Positions 9,962 to 20,081 of a DNA stretch of 64,000 nucleotides are shown here, in pieces. The translations under genes and the position numbers were made by a program. Origin of the DNA: a virus. The stretch is taken from positions 1-64,000 of the IMG/VR virus record IMGVR_UViG_3300032307_000646. The stretch is one strand, 5' to 3'. Numbering within the stretch: position 1 is the first letter of the stretch; each line of letters starts with the position of its first letter. The notes below the pieces were generated by a model. It saw nothing but the letters and a program-made list of their open reading frames with translations, did no database searches and was not told where the DNA came from.

Positions 9962-10156
9962 TTACCCCGCAAGTTTTTCTACAAAATAATTACTTTTGTT
10001 TATTCTCTCTAGCGCGTAGATGAATTGTTCCTCACTGGCGTTCTCGTCTAACGCCACCTGTAATTTATTCACGTCCCCGATCGTTAGGTCTAGGTGGTGC
10101 AGGTCAAACTTGTTGACCATATCATATACTTTTTGAACAGTTATCTTACTACGCAT
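9962..10156 (-). CDS. hypothetical protein
   Basis: overlaps end of SprT-like gene. Confidence 0.55.
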   Translation of the reverse strand: MRSKITVQKVYDMVNKFDLHHLDLTIGDVNKLQVALDENASEEQFIYALERINKSNYFVEKLAG

Positions 10157-10616
10157 TTGGGTTCAGTTTAAATTCTAGGATATACTTTGATTGAAACACA
10201 CCCTTGCAGCATGTACCACAAGCGGATGTTCTAGTTGGTTTGCGGTGTCTTTTATGTGTACGACCACAGCCATTGCATACAGCAACATACTTTGACTCGG
10301 GGGTAACTGTATTCTCTGATGTATAGCAACGCTTTCCATCACAGCCAATCTCTAGTGCCTTTGAACGCCACACCCAATCGTGTCCATGTCCACCACCAAC
10401 AAGCGCGTGGGCAATCTCGTGTAGTATTGTATTCTTAACCCTTGCTTCATCGTTGATTGATACCAACGCCTTTGACAAGGATATCTTACGATACCTATGA
10501 TTACAGCAACCAAACCTACGCTTTGCGTTATCAAACTCAAAACGCCATCCCTTTGAGGTGAGGTCGTGCTTGCTCATTAAAATCTTTGCTAGTTCTTGTG
10601 CTCTGTTTAAATCCAT
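10149..10616 (-). CDS. SprT-like zinc metalloprotease
   Basis: RRFGCC, TILHEIAHAL, GHGHD..W and C-terminal CxxC..CxxC ribbon. Confidence 0.85.
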   Translation of the reverse strand: MDLNRAQELAKILMSKHDLTSKGWRFEFDNAKRRFGCCNHRYRKISLSKALVSINDEARVKNTILHEIAHALVGGGHGHDWVWRSKALEIGCDGKRCYTSENTVTPESKYVAVCNGCGRTHKRHRKPTRTSACGTCCKGVFQSKYILEFKLNPNA

Positions 10617-10741
10617 GTCTAATTGTTTTGTTATGCAATATTAAACATAAAAAAGTTCTCGTGCAAATTTATTTACACTTTTTTGCAAAAAAAAATGGGG
10701 AACCTTTCGGAACCCCATCTTAATAACGTAACAGTTACCTA

Positions 10742-10891
10742 TTACTTTGCAGTATCCGCAGATACTGTATCAACAACACAGGTATCAGATACCATAGTGG
10801 TATCAGTTGTAACCGTAGTTGTTTCGGTCGTGGTTTCGGTTGAGCAAGAAGCCATCATGACTACTAAGCCCAGGATAAGAAGTTTTTTCAT
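10742..10891 (-). CDS. small Thr/Asp-rich lipoprotein
   Basis: MKKLLILGLVVMMASC lipobox, read by hand; not in ORF track. Confidence 0.7.
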   Translation of the reverse strand: MKKLLILGLVVMMASCSTETTTETTTVTTDTTMVSDTCVVDTVSADTAK

Positions 10892-11019
10892 GCTACAAAA
10901 GTAAGCATGCATCCTAGTATTGTCAAGGGGTTCAGAAAAAAAATTAAAAAAACTTTGTAAAAAAGTTGCGTGGTAAATTCTTTTACATTATCTTTACACC
11001 ATAATCAAAAACCACTTAT

Positions 11020-11367
11020 ATGACAAAAGAACAAGTTATTAGCAAGGTGAATGAATCGGCGGGTTCATTGTTCACCAAGGAAGATGTAATCAGATTGATT
11101 GAGAGCATCGAAGGTACAACCAAAATCGACTTTGAGGAGTTGGCGAACCGCCTTGAGTCAATCGTTGATGATGCCGACAACGATGGGATTGAAGTTAATT
11201 CAAGACGATGTGAGTTCAGCATCTGCAACGGGAATGAAATCGAGATTGAGGACGTTCACTTTGAAACCGAAGAGTGGAAGAGCAATATCAACCACGATAT
11301 CCGTCAGTTGATTGAGGCCACCGAAAGAGGAGAGGCTTGTCAGTTAGAAGAGGAGACCGCGGAATAA
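11020..11367 (+). CDS. hypothetical protein
   Basis: first gene of + early arm; promoter upstream, terminator ~11373-11400. Confidence 0.75.
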   Translation: MTKEQVISKVNESAGSLFTKEDVIRLIESIEGTTKIDFEELANRLESIVDDADNDGIEVNSRRCEFSICNGNEIEIEDVHFETEEWKSNINHDIRQLIEATERGEACQLEEETAE

Positions 11368-11460
11368 TTAATCGGGGGAAAGAAATTTCCCCCTTTTTTT
11401 ATAAAATAATTTGGTCAGTAACTTTTTTACACTTATATTTGTATCATAAATCAATTAGAC

Positions 11461-11976
11461 ATGAGAAATTTATTTACAGAAGAAGAGTTATCAATTAACA
11501 TAGCTCGCAGACAAGAAAACAAAATCGCTTTGACGATCAGTTCGGACTATTCGGGTTCAAGCCGTAAGAGTGAACTATATGTCAACGAGGAAAGATTGGC
11601 AACCATGTTGGAATCTTTTTGGAAGGGTATCAAAACCAAGAAACTATTGTTGGCGAATGTATCGTTCAGCGAGATTGATTGGTACGATGATATGTGCGAT
11701 GTGTATGAGACACCAAGCATTACCATTAAGAGAGGTTTGAAGAAGGCGAAGGTAAGCCACCAAGAGCATGGTTCAATACCAAAGGATTGGTCGGTTGACT
11801 TGTTTTGTGTATTCGCAGACACCACAACCAATACACCAATACTTGAAGTGGTTAAGAGCGCGTTGGGTGGTTTCTTTGATGCGGAGTTTGAAAAGAAGTT
11901 TATTAAGGAACTTAAACCATTCTTGCAGAAGAAGGAGAATTACATTAATGTTCATTCAGCGAAATACCAATACTAA
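11461..11976 (+). CDS. hypothetical protein
   Basis: own promoter. Confidence 0.75.
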   Translation: MRNLFTEEELSINIARRQENKIALTISSDYSGSSRKSELYVNEERLATMLESFWKGIKTKKLLLANVSFSEIDWYDDMCDVYETPSITIKRGLKKAKVSHQEHGSIPKDWSVDLFCVFADTTTNTPILEVVKSALGGFFDAEFEKKFIKELKPFLQKKENYINVHSAKYQY

Positions 11977-11977
11977 T

Positions 11978-12208
11978 ATGGCAAGGTTTATATTAGATGT
12001 GGCAAACTTAGATTCCAAAGGTATTGCAGAGGTATTAGATGTGATTGAGAGAGACCCCTTTTTAGCTAAAGGGGTCACCTCTATCCGATGTATTGACGAG
12101 ACCAATAATAACCAATTCTATTCTTGGGACACTGGCACCACACCAATGATGAACGCTTTGAGTGAGAAGCAAATTGAGGAAGATAAAAAAGTTCTTTCAA
12201 AATATTAA
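11978..12208 (+). CDS. hypothetical protein
   Basis: start at MARFIL right after upstream stop. Confidence 0.6.
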   Translation: MARFILDVANLDSKGIAEVLDVIERDPFLAKGVTSIRCIDETNNNQFYSWDTGTTPMMNALSEKQIEEDKKVLSKY

Positions 12209-12250
12209 AATAAATTTGGTTGGTAAAGTTTTTTATATTACATTTGTATT

Positions 12251-12496
12251 ATGGAACAAACAAAGTTAAAGTATACGGAGCAAATCAAAGACATTTTGGT
12301 TGCCATGGCAATGGACGATACCTTGCCATTAGATATGACCACACTCGATTCAAGTGTATTCGACAAGGTTGTTGAACCATTGATAAGTGCATTGAATACT
12401 TTGCGTGAGGACGCGGAAATGGCATTGAATGGAGAATGGGATAGAACGGACGGGGGTTTTGAAGCACAAATCATTTTAATTGACGATGTACTATGA
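12251..12496 (+). CDS. hypothetical protein
   Basis: own promoter. Confidence 0.65.
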   Translation: MEQTKLKYTEQIKDILVAMAMDDTLPLDMTTLDSSVFDKVVEPLISALNTLREDAEMALNGEWDRTDGGFEAQIILIDDVL

Positions 12497-12741
12497 GTAA
12501 GGCAATGTTCTATCAAGCGTGTTTAGTACCTATTGAGGGTGATGTTATTAAGCATGTTTACCCACACCTTAAGGAAGGTCAGATGACTTTGGAAGAAAGA
12601 TTACCCAATGACGCGTTGTGTCCCGAGTGTGATGATTCCAGGAGAGAGTGGTATCTTTTACCCATGGAGAGTATCCAGGTGAAGGAAGGTGGTAAACCTT
12701 ATTGTGAATGTATGAATTGTGGATACACCACACATTTATAA
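12493..12741 (+). CDS. zinc-ribbon protein
   Basis: CPEC...CMNCG; ATGA overlap. Confidence 0.65.
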   Translation: MSKAMFYQACLVPIEGDVIKHVYPHLKEGQMTLEERLPNDALCPECDDSRREWYLLPMESIQVKEGGKPYCECMNCGYTTHL

Positions 12742-12782
12742 AAAAATTTGGTCAGTAACTTTTTTATGTTTACATTTGTAAT

Positions 12783-13082
12783 ATGAATAAAGCGACATTA
12801 GATTATTGGCACCCAAGAAACGAAACGGTTGTAACTGAAAGCGGTTTTCGTTACCTTGATAGAAATTCGGTCATCACCATAACAAAAGATATTGAAGACG
12901 AGACCGAGATAGGATTGTTTGAGCAGTTCTACAAACTTAATAATAGTTTGCGGTATTGCAATGGCTCATACTATACGTTCCAAGATAAACAATGGGATAA
13001 AAAGTATAAAGAGTGGTTGCAGTCGGATGACTACAAAAAGAAAAGTTTTAATCTTTACTACGGAAACGGAGTTGTTGATTAA
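12783..13082 (+). CDS. hypothetical protein
   Basis: own promoter. Confidence 0.7.
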   Translation: MNKATLDYWHPRNETVVTESGFRYLDRNSVITITKDIEDETEIGLFEQFYKLNNSLRYCNGSYYTFQDKQWDKKYKEWLQSDDYKKKSFNLYYGNGVVD

Positions 13083-13122
13083 AAAATTTGGTCAGTAAAC
13101 TTTTTTACATTACATTTGTATT

Positions 13123-13341
13123 ATGGTAACGGTCTATTACAAAAACGAGAAAGGTGAAAACAAGATTGTACTTGTGAGAACCTATAAAGAAGTTAAGCGT
13201 AGAATGAATGCTTTCATGCTCAATAGTTTTGATGAGAATGTAAGTGTGTTCAGACGCAGACGCGGACAATGGGGTGAGTGGTACGAGAATTGGGCAAAGG
13301 TAGGTAGTAAGTGTCAAATCATTAAAGAAGGGTGGCAATGA
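13123..13341 (+). CDS. hypothetical protein
   Basis: own promoter. Confidence 0.65.
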   Translation: MVTVYYKNEKGENKIVLVRTYKEVKRRMNAFMLNSFDENVSVFRRRRGQWGEWYENWAKVGSKCQIIKEGWQ

Positions 13342-13502
13342 TAAACATTTGGGTAGACAATAACACAGGGATCATTTACGAAGGTGATGATGCAATGGTA
13401 GAGTTCTTACGCTCACAAGGTGATAAGACATACAACGATGCCAGTGATGAGTATTTAATTAACGAAGCACATACGCAAGGTTGGATAAAACTTTTAGAAT
13501 AA
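13338..13502 (+). CDS. hypothetical protein (54 aa)
   Basis: ATGA overlap, read by hand. Confidence 0.5.
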   Translation: MINIWVDNNTGIIYEGDDAMVEFLRSQGDKTYNDASDEYLINEAHTQGWIKLLE

Positions 13503-13554
13503 TTTGCACAAGAACTTTTTTATACTTATCTTTGTAATCTAAATAAATAAACAA

Positions 13555-13821
13555 ATGGACAAGTTCAAAAACAAAAAAACCTTGTTGGTTGGTGAGGGTA
13601 TCAATCAACACACATTGTATGGCGACTTTATGGTTGCCGACACAATCAATGACTTTGCCGAAGTAAAGGTAAAGGACACAAGTTTCTTAAAGCACGAACA
13701 ACCGAATGGTGCTTGGAGTAACGAACACAAGACCTTACAAGTTGAGAAAGGTGATTGGGTAATGGGTAAACAAGTTGAGTACAACCCATTCAATCAGCAA
13801 GTATCACGAGTTTGGGATTGA
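13555..13821 (+). CDS. conserved small beta protein
   Basis: GEG..HT, LKHE..EH, G.QVEYNP motifs. Confidence 0.7.
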   Translation: MDKFKNKKTLLVGEGINQHTLYGDFMVADTINDFAEVKVKDTSFLKHEQPNGAWSNEHKTLQVEKGDWVMGKQVEYNPFNQQVSRVWD

Positions 13822-13937
13822 GTATTTTGTTTAATTGTTGAGAAGTGGGGAAAGAAATTTCCCCATTTTTTTTGTAAAAAAGTTTGGTGGGTAATTTTTT
13901 TATACTTACATTTGTATTAACATTAAACAAAAACAAA

Positions 13938-14333
13938 ATGGCAAATCCAGAAATTCATTCAAAAAGTTCAGTTAAGCGTTGGGGTGGTAAGATAGAAGAT
14001 TATATCGCAATCCACGAACTGATTGATAGCCCAAAGGCTACTATGAACAACAATTCATCACGAGCATTAACCCACAACACTTGGTTTGCTTACACAATCA
14101 TTCCAAAGATATTTGGGTACAACATTATCAATTCAAGTGGTAAGAGTGTGGACACTATTGATATTGCTATGTTGCATATCGCAGAGGACTTTCGTATGAA
14201 GTTTGTCCCGACACCACAAGATTATCTTAAACACTTGCAAGTTCAACCTTGGTTTAACAATGGGGTAAAGGATATTGAGAACCCCGAAGCCACAAAGGTA
14301 GCAGAAGAATTATTAGAAAGAATTAGAGAATAA
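13938..14333 (+). CDS. DUF6915-like protein
   Basis: MANP..HSKSSVKRWGG..EDY..IH..ID, H..ED motifs. Confidence 0.7.
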   Translation: MANPEIHSKSSVKRWGGKIEDYIAIHELIDSPKATMNNNSSRALTHNTWFAYTIIPKIFGYNIINSSGKSVDTIDIAMLHIAEDFRMKFVPTPQDYLKHLQVQPWFNNGVKDIENPEATKVAEELLERIRE

Positions 14334-14385
14334 TTTGCACAAGAACTTTTTTATACTTATCTTTGAAACATAATCAATAAACAAA

Positions 14386-15039
14386 ATGGAAAGCGTAGAA
14401 AAAATTATCCAACTTTGGAACGAATTAGAAATCACCCACATTGACTTTGAGTTTACTTGTGGTGGTGATAGTATGAATGACACAACCCTTAATATCCACA
14501 AGGGCGAGGAAATCATTGAGAACGATGTTATCTCAACCTACTTTGACCACGAGGTCTATAACCGAGTAGAGTTCTATGTAAATTCCGATGGACACTATAT
14601 GGGTGAGAGTGGGAATGTACTGATTGAACTAAACGATGAGGGTGATGAGTTTAACTATATGAAGTCGGCTCAATCGGAGTGGTGTGAGAGAATTACAACT
14701 GATGTTGAAGTGGAACTTACTGATGAGGAAATTGAGTTCGTTAAGGAGTTCGTTAGGGATATAAATGGTGGTGATAACGAGAACCCAAACTTTAACTACA
14801 AAATGGACTTTATCATTAACCAAAAGCGTAAGGAACTGATTGATAGTATTGGTAGTAAGGTTAGTGAAGTTTGCGATAATTTCACACCCGAAATTGAGGG
14901 TGATGGCGAGGTGAATGATTGGTATTCATACACAACAAACGAAGATGATATTACCGATAGCGAAGTGGTTATCAAAGGTAATAAAATTATCGTGAGTGTA
15001 TCAAACGAATACTATGTCTATCAAGATAGTGATGATTAA
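14386..15039 (+). CDS. acidic protein, DUF6878-like
   Basis: F.CGGDS motif; follows DUF6915-like gene. Confidence 0.55.
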   Translation: MESVEKIIQLWNELEITHIDFEFTCGGDSMNDTTLNIHKGEEIIENDVISTYFDHEVYNRVEFYVNSDGHYMGESGNVLIELNDEGDEFNYMKSAQSEWCERITTDVEVELTDEEIEFVKEFVRDINGGDNENPNFNYKMDFIINQKRKELIDSIGSKVSEVCDNFTPEIEGDGEVNDWYSYTTNEDDITDSEVVIKGNKIIVSVSNEYYVYQDSDD

Positions 15040-15090
15040 ATTTGGTCGGGAACTTTTTTATACATATCTTTGAATTAAACAAATAAACAA

Positions 15091-15780
15091 ATGCAGATAG
15101 TAATTAACAATGTACCAACCGAATTTAATTTAGGTTGCCGTATGCTCAAAACCAAAGGTGGTGATTGTCCCTTTGATGAGTTACAAGATTTTTGGGAAGA
15201 AATCCAACCCTTAAACTTTAACGAGATAGCACAAATTCCTAACTTGGAACAAAGGCGAATTGCTTTATTGTTTCTTGGCTTGGAAAAAATGGTTGCAGAA
15301 GTGAAACCAACCTTGGTAAGCACCAAAACAATTAAGAAACAAACCACTTGGATAAACGAGCAAGGTGAGTTAGTTGAACACAAGTTTGATGATACCTACG
15401 AACTTTACAAAGTGAATGGTGAATACTTTAATCAAGGGGTGGATAATTGGCGAAAAATGGGTGATGCCTATTATGTTCGTTGCAAGGACACAAGCACCGA
15501 TAGAGAGTATCTTATTTGGGTGGACTTGAATAGTGTATGGAACATTAAATGTGAAAACGATAAAGAATTAAATCGTTGGAACTTTGATGCCAAAAAGATT
15601 GATGCTATTGATTGTATTGCTTGGACTATTCAAACCAATATCGCACAAGGTGGAATTGAAAAGATTGTAAGACAAGGTGATTGTATTATGATTAAACCAA
15701 AAGCGAAGTACGAAACACTTGGTAGAGAAAGACATTTGAGTAAACAAGAATATCTTAAACTACTTGTAGCAGAGAGTTAA
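15091..15780 (+). CDS. DUF6745-like protein
   Basis: N.EQRR, C..TST.R.Y...V, AI..IAWT, RQGD motifs. Confidence 0.55.
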   Translation: MQIVINNVPTEFNLGCRMLKTKGGDCPFDELQDFWEEIQPLNFNEIAQIPNLEQRRIALLFLGLEKMVAEVKPTLVSTKTIKKQTTWINEQGELVEHKFDDTYELYKVNGEYFNQGVDNWRKMGDAYYVRCKDTSTDREYLIWVDLNSVWNIKCENDKELNRWNFDAKKIDAIDCIAWTIQTNIAQGGIEKIVRQGDCIMIKPKAKYETLGRERHLSKQEYLKLLVAES

Positions 15781-15886
15781 GGGGTGGGGAGAAATCCCCA
15801 CTTTTTTTTCGCGAATTTTGATCAATTTATTTGCACAAGAACTTTTTTATACTTATCTTTGAAGTATAATTAAACAAATAGATATT

Positions 15887-16183
15887 ATGAGTGTAACTAC
15901 ACAAACCCAAGCAAAGGAAGTGGTACAAAATGTAACCGACTACCTAAACTCATTCAGCAACAAGAACAAAGAGTTTATCGCTGAAATGAATCGCGAACAC
16001 CGAACTTTACAACAAGGCTTTACCAAACTATGTATTGAGTGGTTGGAGAATTGTGCCAGTGAAGATTATAATTTTGACGGCAGGAACGAAGCGAGTCACA
16101 ATGTATCGAAAGAACTTGTTGAGGGCTTTCGTGATGCCAAAGGAACGATGAGTAACCCGAGCGAGTGGTTACCTTGTATTTAG
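15887..16183 (+). CDS. hypothetical protein
   Basis: EHRTLQQ, DGRNEAS motifs; own promoter and terminator. Confidence 0.7.
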   Translation: MSVTTQTQAKEVVQNVTDYLNSFSNKNKEFIAEMNREHRTLQQGFTKLCIEWLENCASEDYNFDGRNEASHNVSKELVEGFRDAKGTMSNPSEWLPCI

Positions 16184-16346
16184 GAATCTGTTTTGTTCAT
16201 ACATAAAGAGGGGATGCAGAAATGTATCCCTTTTTTTATGGTCCATAGATCCCTAGTAAAAAAAATCGAAAAAAAAACTATAGAAAACTTGCACAGTAAA
16301 CTTTATTACATTACATTTGTACTATAAAACAATTAAATAATTTATT

Positions 16347-17189
16347 ATGAAAAAACCTAATGTATCTATCAAGAGTGTGAAAATGGTAAACGGTTTGCCA
16401 GAGTTCACTGTAATCATCAGACCTACCACATGGAAAGGTTTACTTTATTGGGGTATCGGACAAACCGATGACATTCGTAACCTAACCCACGTTAACGAAG
16501 ATTTTAAGGGGTTAAACCGAGATGCTGTACAGCCACATAAAGGAGTTGTTGGAAAGGCAATCATGAAAAATGGTTTTGCGGGTGGTATCGCGGTCGTTAT
16601 CTACAAAAACAAACTTTATCGTATCGATGGTAATCACCGAGCAGAGTATTTAGGAGACAGCAAATATCCTATCAGATTTTCTTATCGTTATGTTGAAACT
16701 TTTGAAGAGTTGGTGAGCATCATGATTGAGTTTAACGACTCAGCAAAAAATTGGAAACTTGAGCGTTACATCAGCACTTACGCATCAACAGGTTCTGAGG
16801 CTTACACTTTGGTTCAAAAGTTGAGCAAAGAGCAAGGTATCACACCATCATGCACAGCCGCGTTAATTGCTAACGTACCAATCGGAACAGCAAAAACGCA
16901 AATCAGACGCGGTACTTTGAAATTAAATGGTAGCGAAGATGCCGCAACCGAAAGAGTTACACAAGCAGCACTATTCTTAGAAGCGTTTGGACAAAAAGAC
17001 CAAAGGTCAGCAGAAGGTTTTATCCGCTTCATCAGAACTATTCCGTTTGTTGAGTTTATGGCAATATCCAAAAAGTTGGCAAAGAGAGCGTATAAACTTC
17101 GCCACGAGGAGAACTTCTTTATCTCAAAGGGTACAGCAGATGCCAAAGATTTTGATGAGTTGTTCACCGAAGCGTATAGAACAATCTAA
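16347..17189 (+). CDS. ParB/Srx-like N-terminal domain protein
   Basis: YRIDGNHR motif. Confidence 0.65.
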   Translation: MKKPNVSIKSVKMVNGLPEFTVIIRPTTWKGLLYWGIGQTDDIRNLTHVNEDFKGLNRDAVQPHKGVVGKAIMKNGFAGGIAVVIYKNKLYRIDGNHRAEYLGDSKYPIRFSYRYVETFEELVSIMIEFNDSAKNWKLERYISTYASTGSEAYTLVQKLSKEQGITPSCTAALIANVPIGTAKTQIRRGTLKLNGSEDAATERVTQAALFLEAFGQKDQRSAEGFIRFIRTIPFVEFMAISKKLAKRAYKLRHEENFFISKGTADAKDFDELFTEAYRTI

Positions 17190-17297
17190 TTGAAGAAAGG
17201 GGATGGAAACGTCCCCTTTTTTATTTTAAAGAAATTGATCAATTTACTTGCATGGTAAAGTTTTTTACATTATCTTTGAATTAACAAATTAAACAAG

Positions 17298-17561
17298 ATG
17301 AAAGTATTAAACAGAGACGAGATGATGACATGGCTTACTAGCAAAGGAGTTAATGTTATCGGCACCACCGAACAATTCTATGGTGAAGGTGAAGGCAAAG
17401 GTATATGGGTATCAGGCGAGGATAGTCCCTTGTTCAGTTACTACCGCGAAAGCTGGTACAATTCACATGGGGTTGAACCTAAACTGAATGAACAAACCGA
17501 AAAGCGTGGTTGGTATTATGAATGGCATGATGCGGGCACAATGATGATTTGGCCAATATAA
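17298..17561 (+). CDS. hypothetical protein
   Basis: GWYYEWHDAGT motif; own promoter. Confidence 0.7.
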   Translation: MKVLNRDEMMTWLTSKGVNVIGTTEQFYGEGEGKGIWVSGEDSPLFSYYRESWYNSHGVEPKLNEQTEKRGWYYEWHDAGTMMIWPI

Positions 17562-17634
17562 AAAAAACTTGTAGAAAAGTTTGGTCAGTAATTTTTTTAT
17601 CATTACATTTGATATAACAATTAAATTAGTAGTT

Positions 17635-18174
17635 ATGAAAAAGAAAAATCTAAATGCTTCGATTTTAAAATCGAGATATCTTTTGCACCAAACAAAAGAT
17701 TTACGTCAGTACCGAGTTGCTGATTACAGACCTTTATTCTTTATCTCATTGTTCGTTAACACCATTGTTCTTTTAAGTGCTTTCAGTTCAGAGCCAAAGG
17801 TTGTAACCGAATACAAGACCATTGTAAAGGAGACACTCATAAGTGATAAGGTTGATGATATTGAATTGAATGATGATGCTATCCTTAAAGAGTTGATAGA
17901 CCAAGGTTGTGTATTGCCGAATGTTGCACTTGCTCAATTTAAGATTGAGAGCCAACACTTCAAATCATCTATTTGCAAGGAGAACAAGAACATCGCTGGT
18001 ATCAAGACAAGCCGAAGCGAATATGTTGCAGGAAAGAATCGCGAACATTGTGTTTACAAGACCTATCGTGATTGTATTAAAGATTACATTCGTATTCAGA
18101 ATCGCTACCTTGAAAACATAGACGGGCGATATGCCGAGGACGGGCAATATGTTGCTTTGGTAAAAAAAATGTAG
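17635..18174 (+). CDS. membrane-anchored glucosaminidase (GH73-like) protein
   Basis: TM segment, ALAQ..IES, N.AGIK, YAED..Y motifs. Confidence 0.7.
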   Translation: MKKKNLNASILKSRYLLHQTKDLRQYRVADYRPLFFISLFVNTIVLLSAFSSEPKVVTEYKTIVKETLISDKVDDIELNDDAILKELIDQGCVLPNVALAQFKIESQHFKSSICKENKNIAGIKTSRSEYVAGKNREHCVYKTYRDCIKDYIRIQNRYLENIDGRYAEDGQYVALVKKM

Positions 18175-18230
18175 AAAAGTTTGGTCGGTAACTTTAATAT
18201 ACATATATTTACAATAACAAATTAAACGTT

Positions 18231-18527
18231 ATGAAAAAGTTAGTATTATTAGTTGCTTTGTCTTTGTCGGGTTTATCGTATGGACAAGCGTGGGAAAATT
18301 CGGGTGCGAACAATACCGTCTACATGGGACAAGACGAGAACAACTACCCAATCTATAAGAATGTCAATCCATTCGAATCGTTGGGTTCAAAGATTGCGAT
18401 GAGTACCCTTGTAAGCGGAATTGGCGCTTTCATTACTTATATCATTGTTGATAGGAGAAAGGAGCGCAAGGCACAAGAGTTGGAGCAAGAGCAACACCCT
18501 TTAATTCAAGAGAACGTGGAGATTTAA
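18231..18527 (+). CDS. exported/membrane protein
   Basis: signal peptide plus TM helix. Confidence 0.65.
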   Translation: MKKLVLLVALSLSGLSYGQAWENSGANNTVYMGQDENNYPIYKNVNPFESLGSKIAMSTLVSGIGAFITYIIVDRRKERKAQELEQEQHPLIQENVEI

Positions 18528-18604
18528 TCCACGTTTTTTTTTTGCAAAAAACTTGCATGGTAATTTTATTTATATTATCTTTGAAGTAACAAAAACAATT
18601 AAAC

Positions 18605-18850
18605 ATGAATATAGTAGATTTTTTACAAGCAAAACCAAAGGTTAGTTACCGCTACGAGGACGGGACAACCAAAGAGTGGGAGTTTCGCTGGAGTGGAATG
18701 TTCGGACAAGGATATTACCGATTGACCAAGAATGGTCGCAGACACCCGATGAGTTATTTTAGAGTACCAAGACAAGTGTACAATGACTACATGGACGGCT
18801 ATTGTAAGTTGGTGGAAGAAAAAAAAGATATAGAAAAATTTGCACAATAA
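18605..18850 (+). CDS. hypothetical protein
   Basis: own promoter. Confidence 0.65.
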   Translation: MNIVDFLQAKPKVSYRYEDGTTKEWEFRWSGMFGQGYYRLTKNGRRHPMSYFRVPRQVYNDYMDGYCKLVEEKKDIEKFAQ

Positions 18851-18889
18851 CTTTTTTATACTTATCTTTGAAGTAACAAAATAAACAAT

Positions 18890-19270
18890 ATGAACAATCC
18901 ATTTTCAAGACCGCAAGCGGGAGCCTACAAACCATATTTGGTAGAGGCATTAAACAAAGTAGGTAGAACCACTGAAGCAGATGAGTTCGCCAAAGGTAAT
19001 ATGAAACTTGCAATCTTGTCAAGTGTTACGGGTGGAGTACGATTATTCCCCGAGTTGAATGAAGTTTGTGCCAACGCACTTAACGAACTTGACACTATTG
19101 ATGAGAATGTGCGTTACTACTTTTGGGGTTTGTCCAACGGACAATTCGGAGTGGCTTCAAGCAACGGAGCATATGTCTATGACCCAACCGATGTGAAAGC
19201 AGTTGAGTATGTCAAGACCCAAGTTGAGTTGAGTGATAATGAAATCATCCAACCATTTTTTAGCAATTGA
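18890..19270 (+). CDS. hypothetical protein
   Basis: own promoter and terminator. Confidence 0.7.
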   Translation: MNNPFSRPQAGAYKPYLVEALNKVGRTTEADEFAKGNMKLAILSSVTGGVRLFPELNEVCANALNELDTIDENVRYYFWGLSNGQFGVASSNGAYVYDPTDVKAVEYVKTQVELSDNEIIQPFFSN

Positions 19271-19366
19271 TTTGTTTTTCATAATTGGAAAGTGGGGGGC
19301 GAAAGTTCCCCATTTTTTTTTGTAAAAAAATTTGGTCAGTAAAGTTTTTTATACTATCTTTGAATT

Positions 19367-19576
19367 ATGAAAAACAAAACAAGATACGATGTAATCAGTC
19401 CCGATGGGTTCAGCATTCATCACAGCGACACCTACGCAACCAAAGAGGATGCAAGGAACGCGTTTTTTGATTGGAAGAAACGATTTGAATCACAAGGGTA
19501 TTATTCATCCAACAACGGACGAATCCCTTTGAGTGAGTTAGAAAATCATTGTAGAATTATAGAAGTAGAGATATGA
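19367..19576 (+). CDS. hypothetical protein
   Basis: SPDGF, QGYYSS motifs; own promoter. Confidence 0.65.
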   Translation: MKNKTRYDVISPDGFSIHHSDTYATKEDARNAFFDWKKRFESQGYYSSNNGRIPLSELENHCRIIEVEI

Positions 19577-19770
19577 AAAATTATTATGTGACAATTATGT
19601 CAATTGACCCGAATGACCACTATGGTCGTGAGCAAGGTGATGATAGCCAGAAGTATGGTTATGATGTTCAAGCCAGAGATAAGAACCATGCCAGCGAGGT
19701 TGGTGTTGAGCAGTTCAAAAATCAGCATGGTGATTTACCAATCTTTTGGGTAAAAGTTTCTGAAGATTAA
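19573..19770 (+). CDS. hypothetical protein
   Basis: ATGA overlap. Confidence 0.6.
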   Translation: MKNYYVTIMSIDPNDHYGREQGDDSQKYGYDVQARDKNHASEVGVEQFKNQHGDLPIFWVKVSED

Positions 19771-19821
19771 TTTGGTCAGTAAAGTTTTTTATGTTATCTT
19801 TGAAGTAACAAAATAAACAAG

Positions 19822-20034
19822 ATGAAAAAAATTATTGCTTTTTTTAAACGTGGGTTCGAGGACTTGGGTTATGCTTACTACAACCAACTTTATTTATATG
19901 ACTGCAAACTTTATTTGGGTTATGTAGTTGTAAGAAACGAGAGGTTTTTTTGGATACCAACATACAAACGTGTAGCGGTTTGTTGTGACAAAGAGGAGTT
20001 AAATCAAACTTTAAAATTTTTGCGAGAAAATTAG
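19822..20034 (+). CDS. hypothetical protein
   Basis: own promoter. Confidence 0.65.
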   Translation: MKKIIAFFKRGFEDLGYAYYNQLYLYDCKLYLGYVVVRNERFFWIPTYKRVAVCCDKEELNQTLKFLREN

Positions 20035-20081
20035 GTCAGTAAACTTTTTTATGTTATCTTTGAAGTAACAAAATAAACGAG

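Noticed and set aside
10623-10904. Plus-strand 93-aa ORF and similar antisense ORFs across the window
   Set aside because: Shadow of a better minus-strand lipoprotein gene; other antisense ORFs likewise lack promoters and oppose clear genes.
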